Origin: Azolla caroliniana
Lineage: Eukaryota; Plantae; Polypodiophyta
Reading direction: 5' to 3'
NCBI GenBank assembly: GCA_043228905.1
Contig: JBHGNT010000010.1
Coordinates: 16,492,001 to 16,556,000, forward strand
DNA: 64,000 nt
The notes beneath the pieces are model-generated. The model saw nothing but the letters and a program-made list of their open reading frames with translations. It made no database searches and was not told the origin of the DNA. The position numbers and the translations under genes are program-made. Below, in pieces: positions 63,493 to 64,000 of this stretch (position 1 is its first letter; every line of letters starts with the position of its first letter).

Positions 63493-64000
63493 TGTTAAGA
63501 GTCTATTACTAATCAATAGACCAAATCAAGTAAAAAGGAAGAAAATAGATTGGATAGAAGAACCCGTTCTACCCGACCACCCCCGAGCTATGATCTAGAC
63601 ATAGCCAACCTACCACCGACGTCCCATACCGCCGGATATTAGGATGACTAATACCTTGGAAGAGATAAACACGATCGTCGAGACGAAAGCCTAGCCCGCA
63701 CCACCGGTGTCTACGACAGCAGCCTTCCGACGTGATGATCCTTATGAGGGTAGCTAAGCCTCATATTTATACCTTTTCCTAGGCCCCTTGAATAGATGTG
63801 CCTTTCTAAAAGGCTCTCTATTCATTGGTTGTCTAAATCATGATAGTGCATGCACATATCATTCATTCTATCCAATCATTAGTCCCCTTTTTAATAATAG
63901 TGAACATATACCCTTCACTAATGTAAATATTAGTGACCTACCCTCACCAACGTTATGTGTACATAACATACTCCCCTACTTCAAAAGATTGCACTCTTGC
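63493..64000. mobile_element. Probable further LTR, truncated by the window end
   Basis: Begins TGTTAAGA right beside the PPT region and has a minus-strand TATA-like TATAAATA at about 63764-63771. No partner is visible. Confidence 0.4.

Overview
AT-rich, intron-rich land-plant genomic DNA. The TE content and gene style suggest a fern or other seed-free plant (inference). The first 40 kb holds five host genes: the 3' part of a p24beta/GOLD cargo receptor (+), a VIN3-like PHD/FNIII/VEL gene (+), a 17-exon HAD-IG 5'-nucleotidase (+), an ATL-type RING-H2 E3 ligase (-) and a two-RRM RBPMS/scw1-like RNA-binding protein (-). LINE remnants and microsatellites fill the introns and intergenic spaces. 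The last 24 kb is a TE nest. It contains LINE and chromovirus debris and a complete 3.4-kb non-autonomous LTR element (533-bp LTRs, tRNA-Trp PBS, 4-bp TSD). It also contains an apparently intact 12,157-bp Sola2-type DNA transposon (48750-60906; GGG...CCC TIRs, CATA TSD). That element encodes a spliced 813-aa DDD transposase and a convergent multi-exon passenger gene with a RING-H2 finger, and AGTACT-rich arrays run through it. It is inserted just before the stop codon of a decayed, intron-containing gene for a prokaryotic-type beta-class N6-adenine/N4-cytosine DNA methyltransferase (DIPY ... GDRILDLFFGSG-TSASALKLFRN), which the ORF track barely shows. The methyltransferase and the cargo-bearing Sola2 element are the most interesting signals. 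All exon models were assembled by hand from splice signals and reading frames, and no database searches were run.
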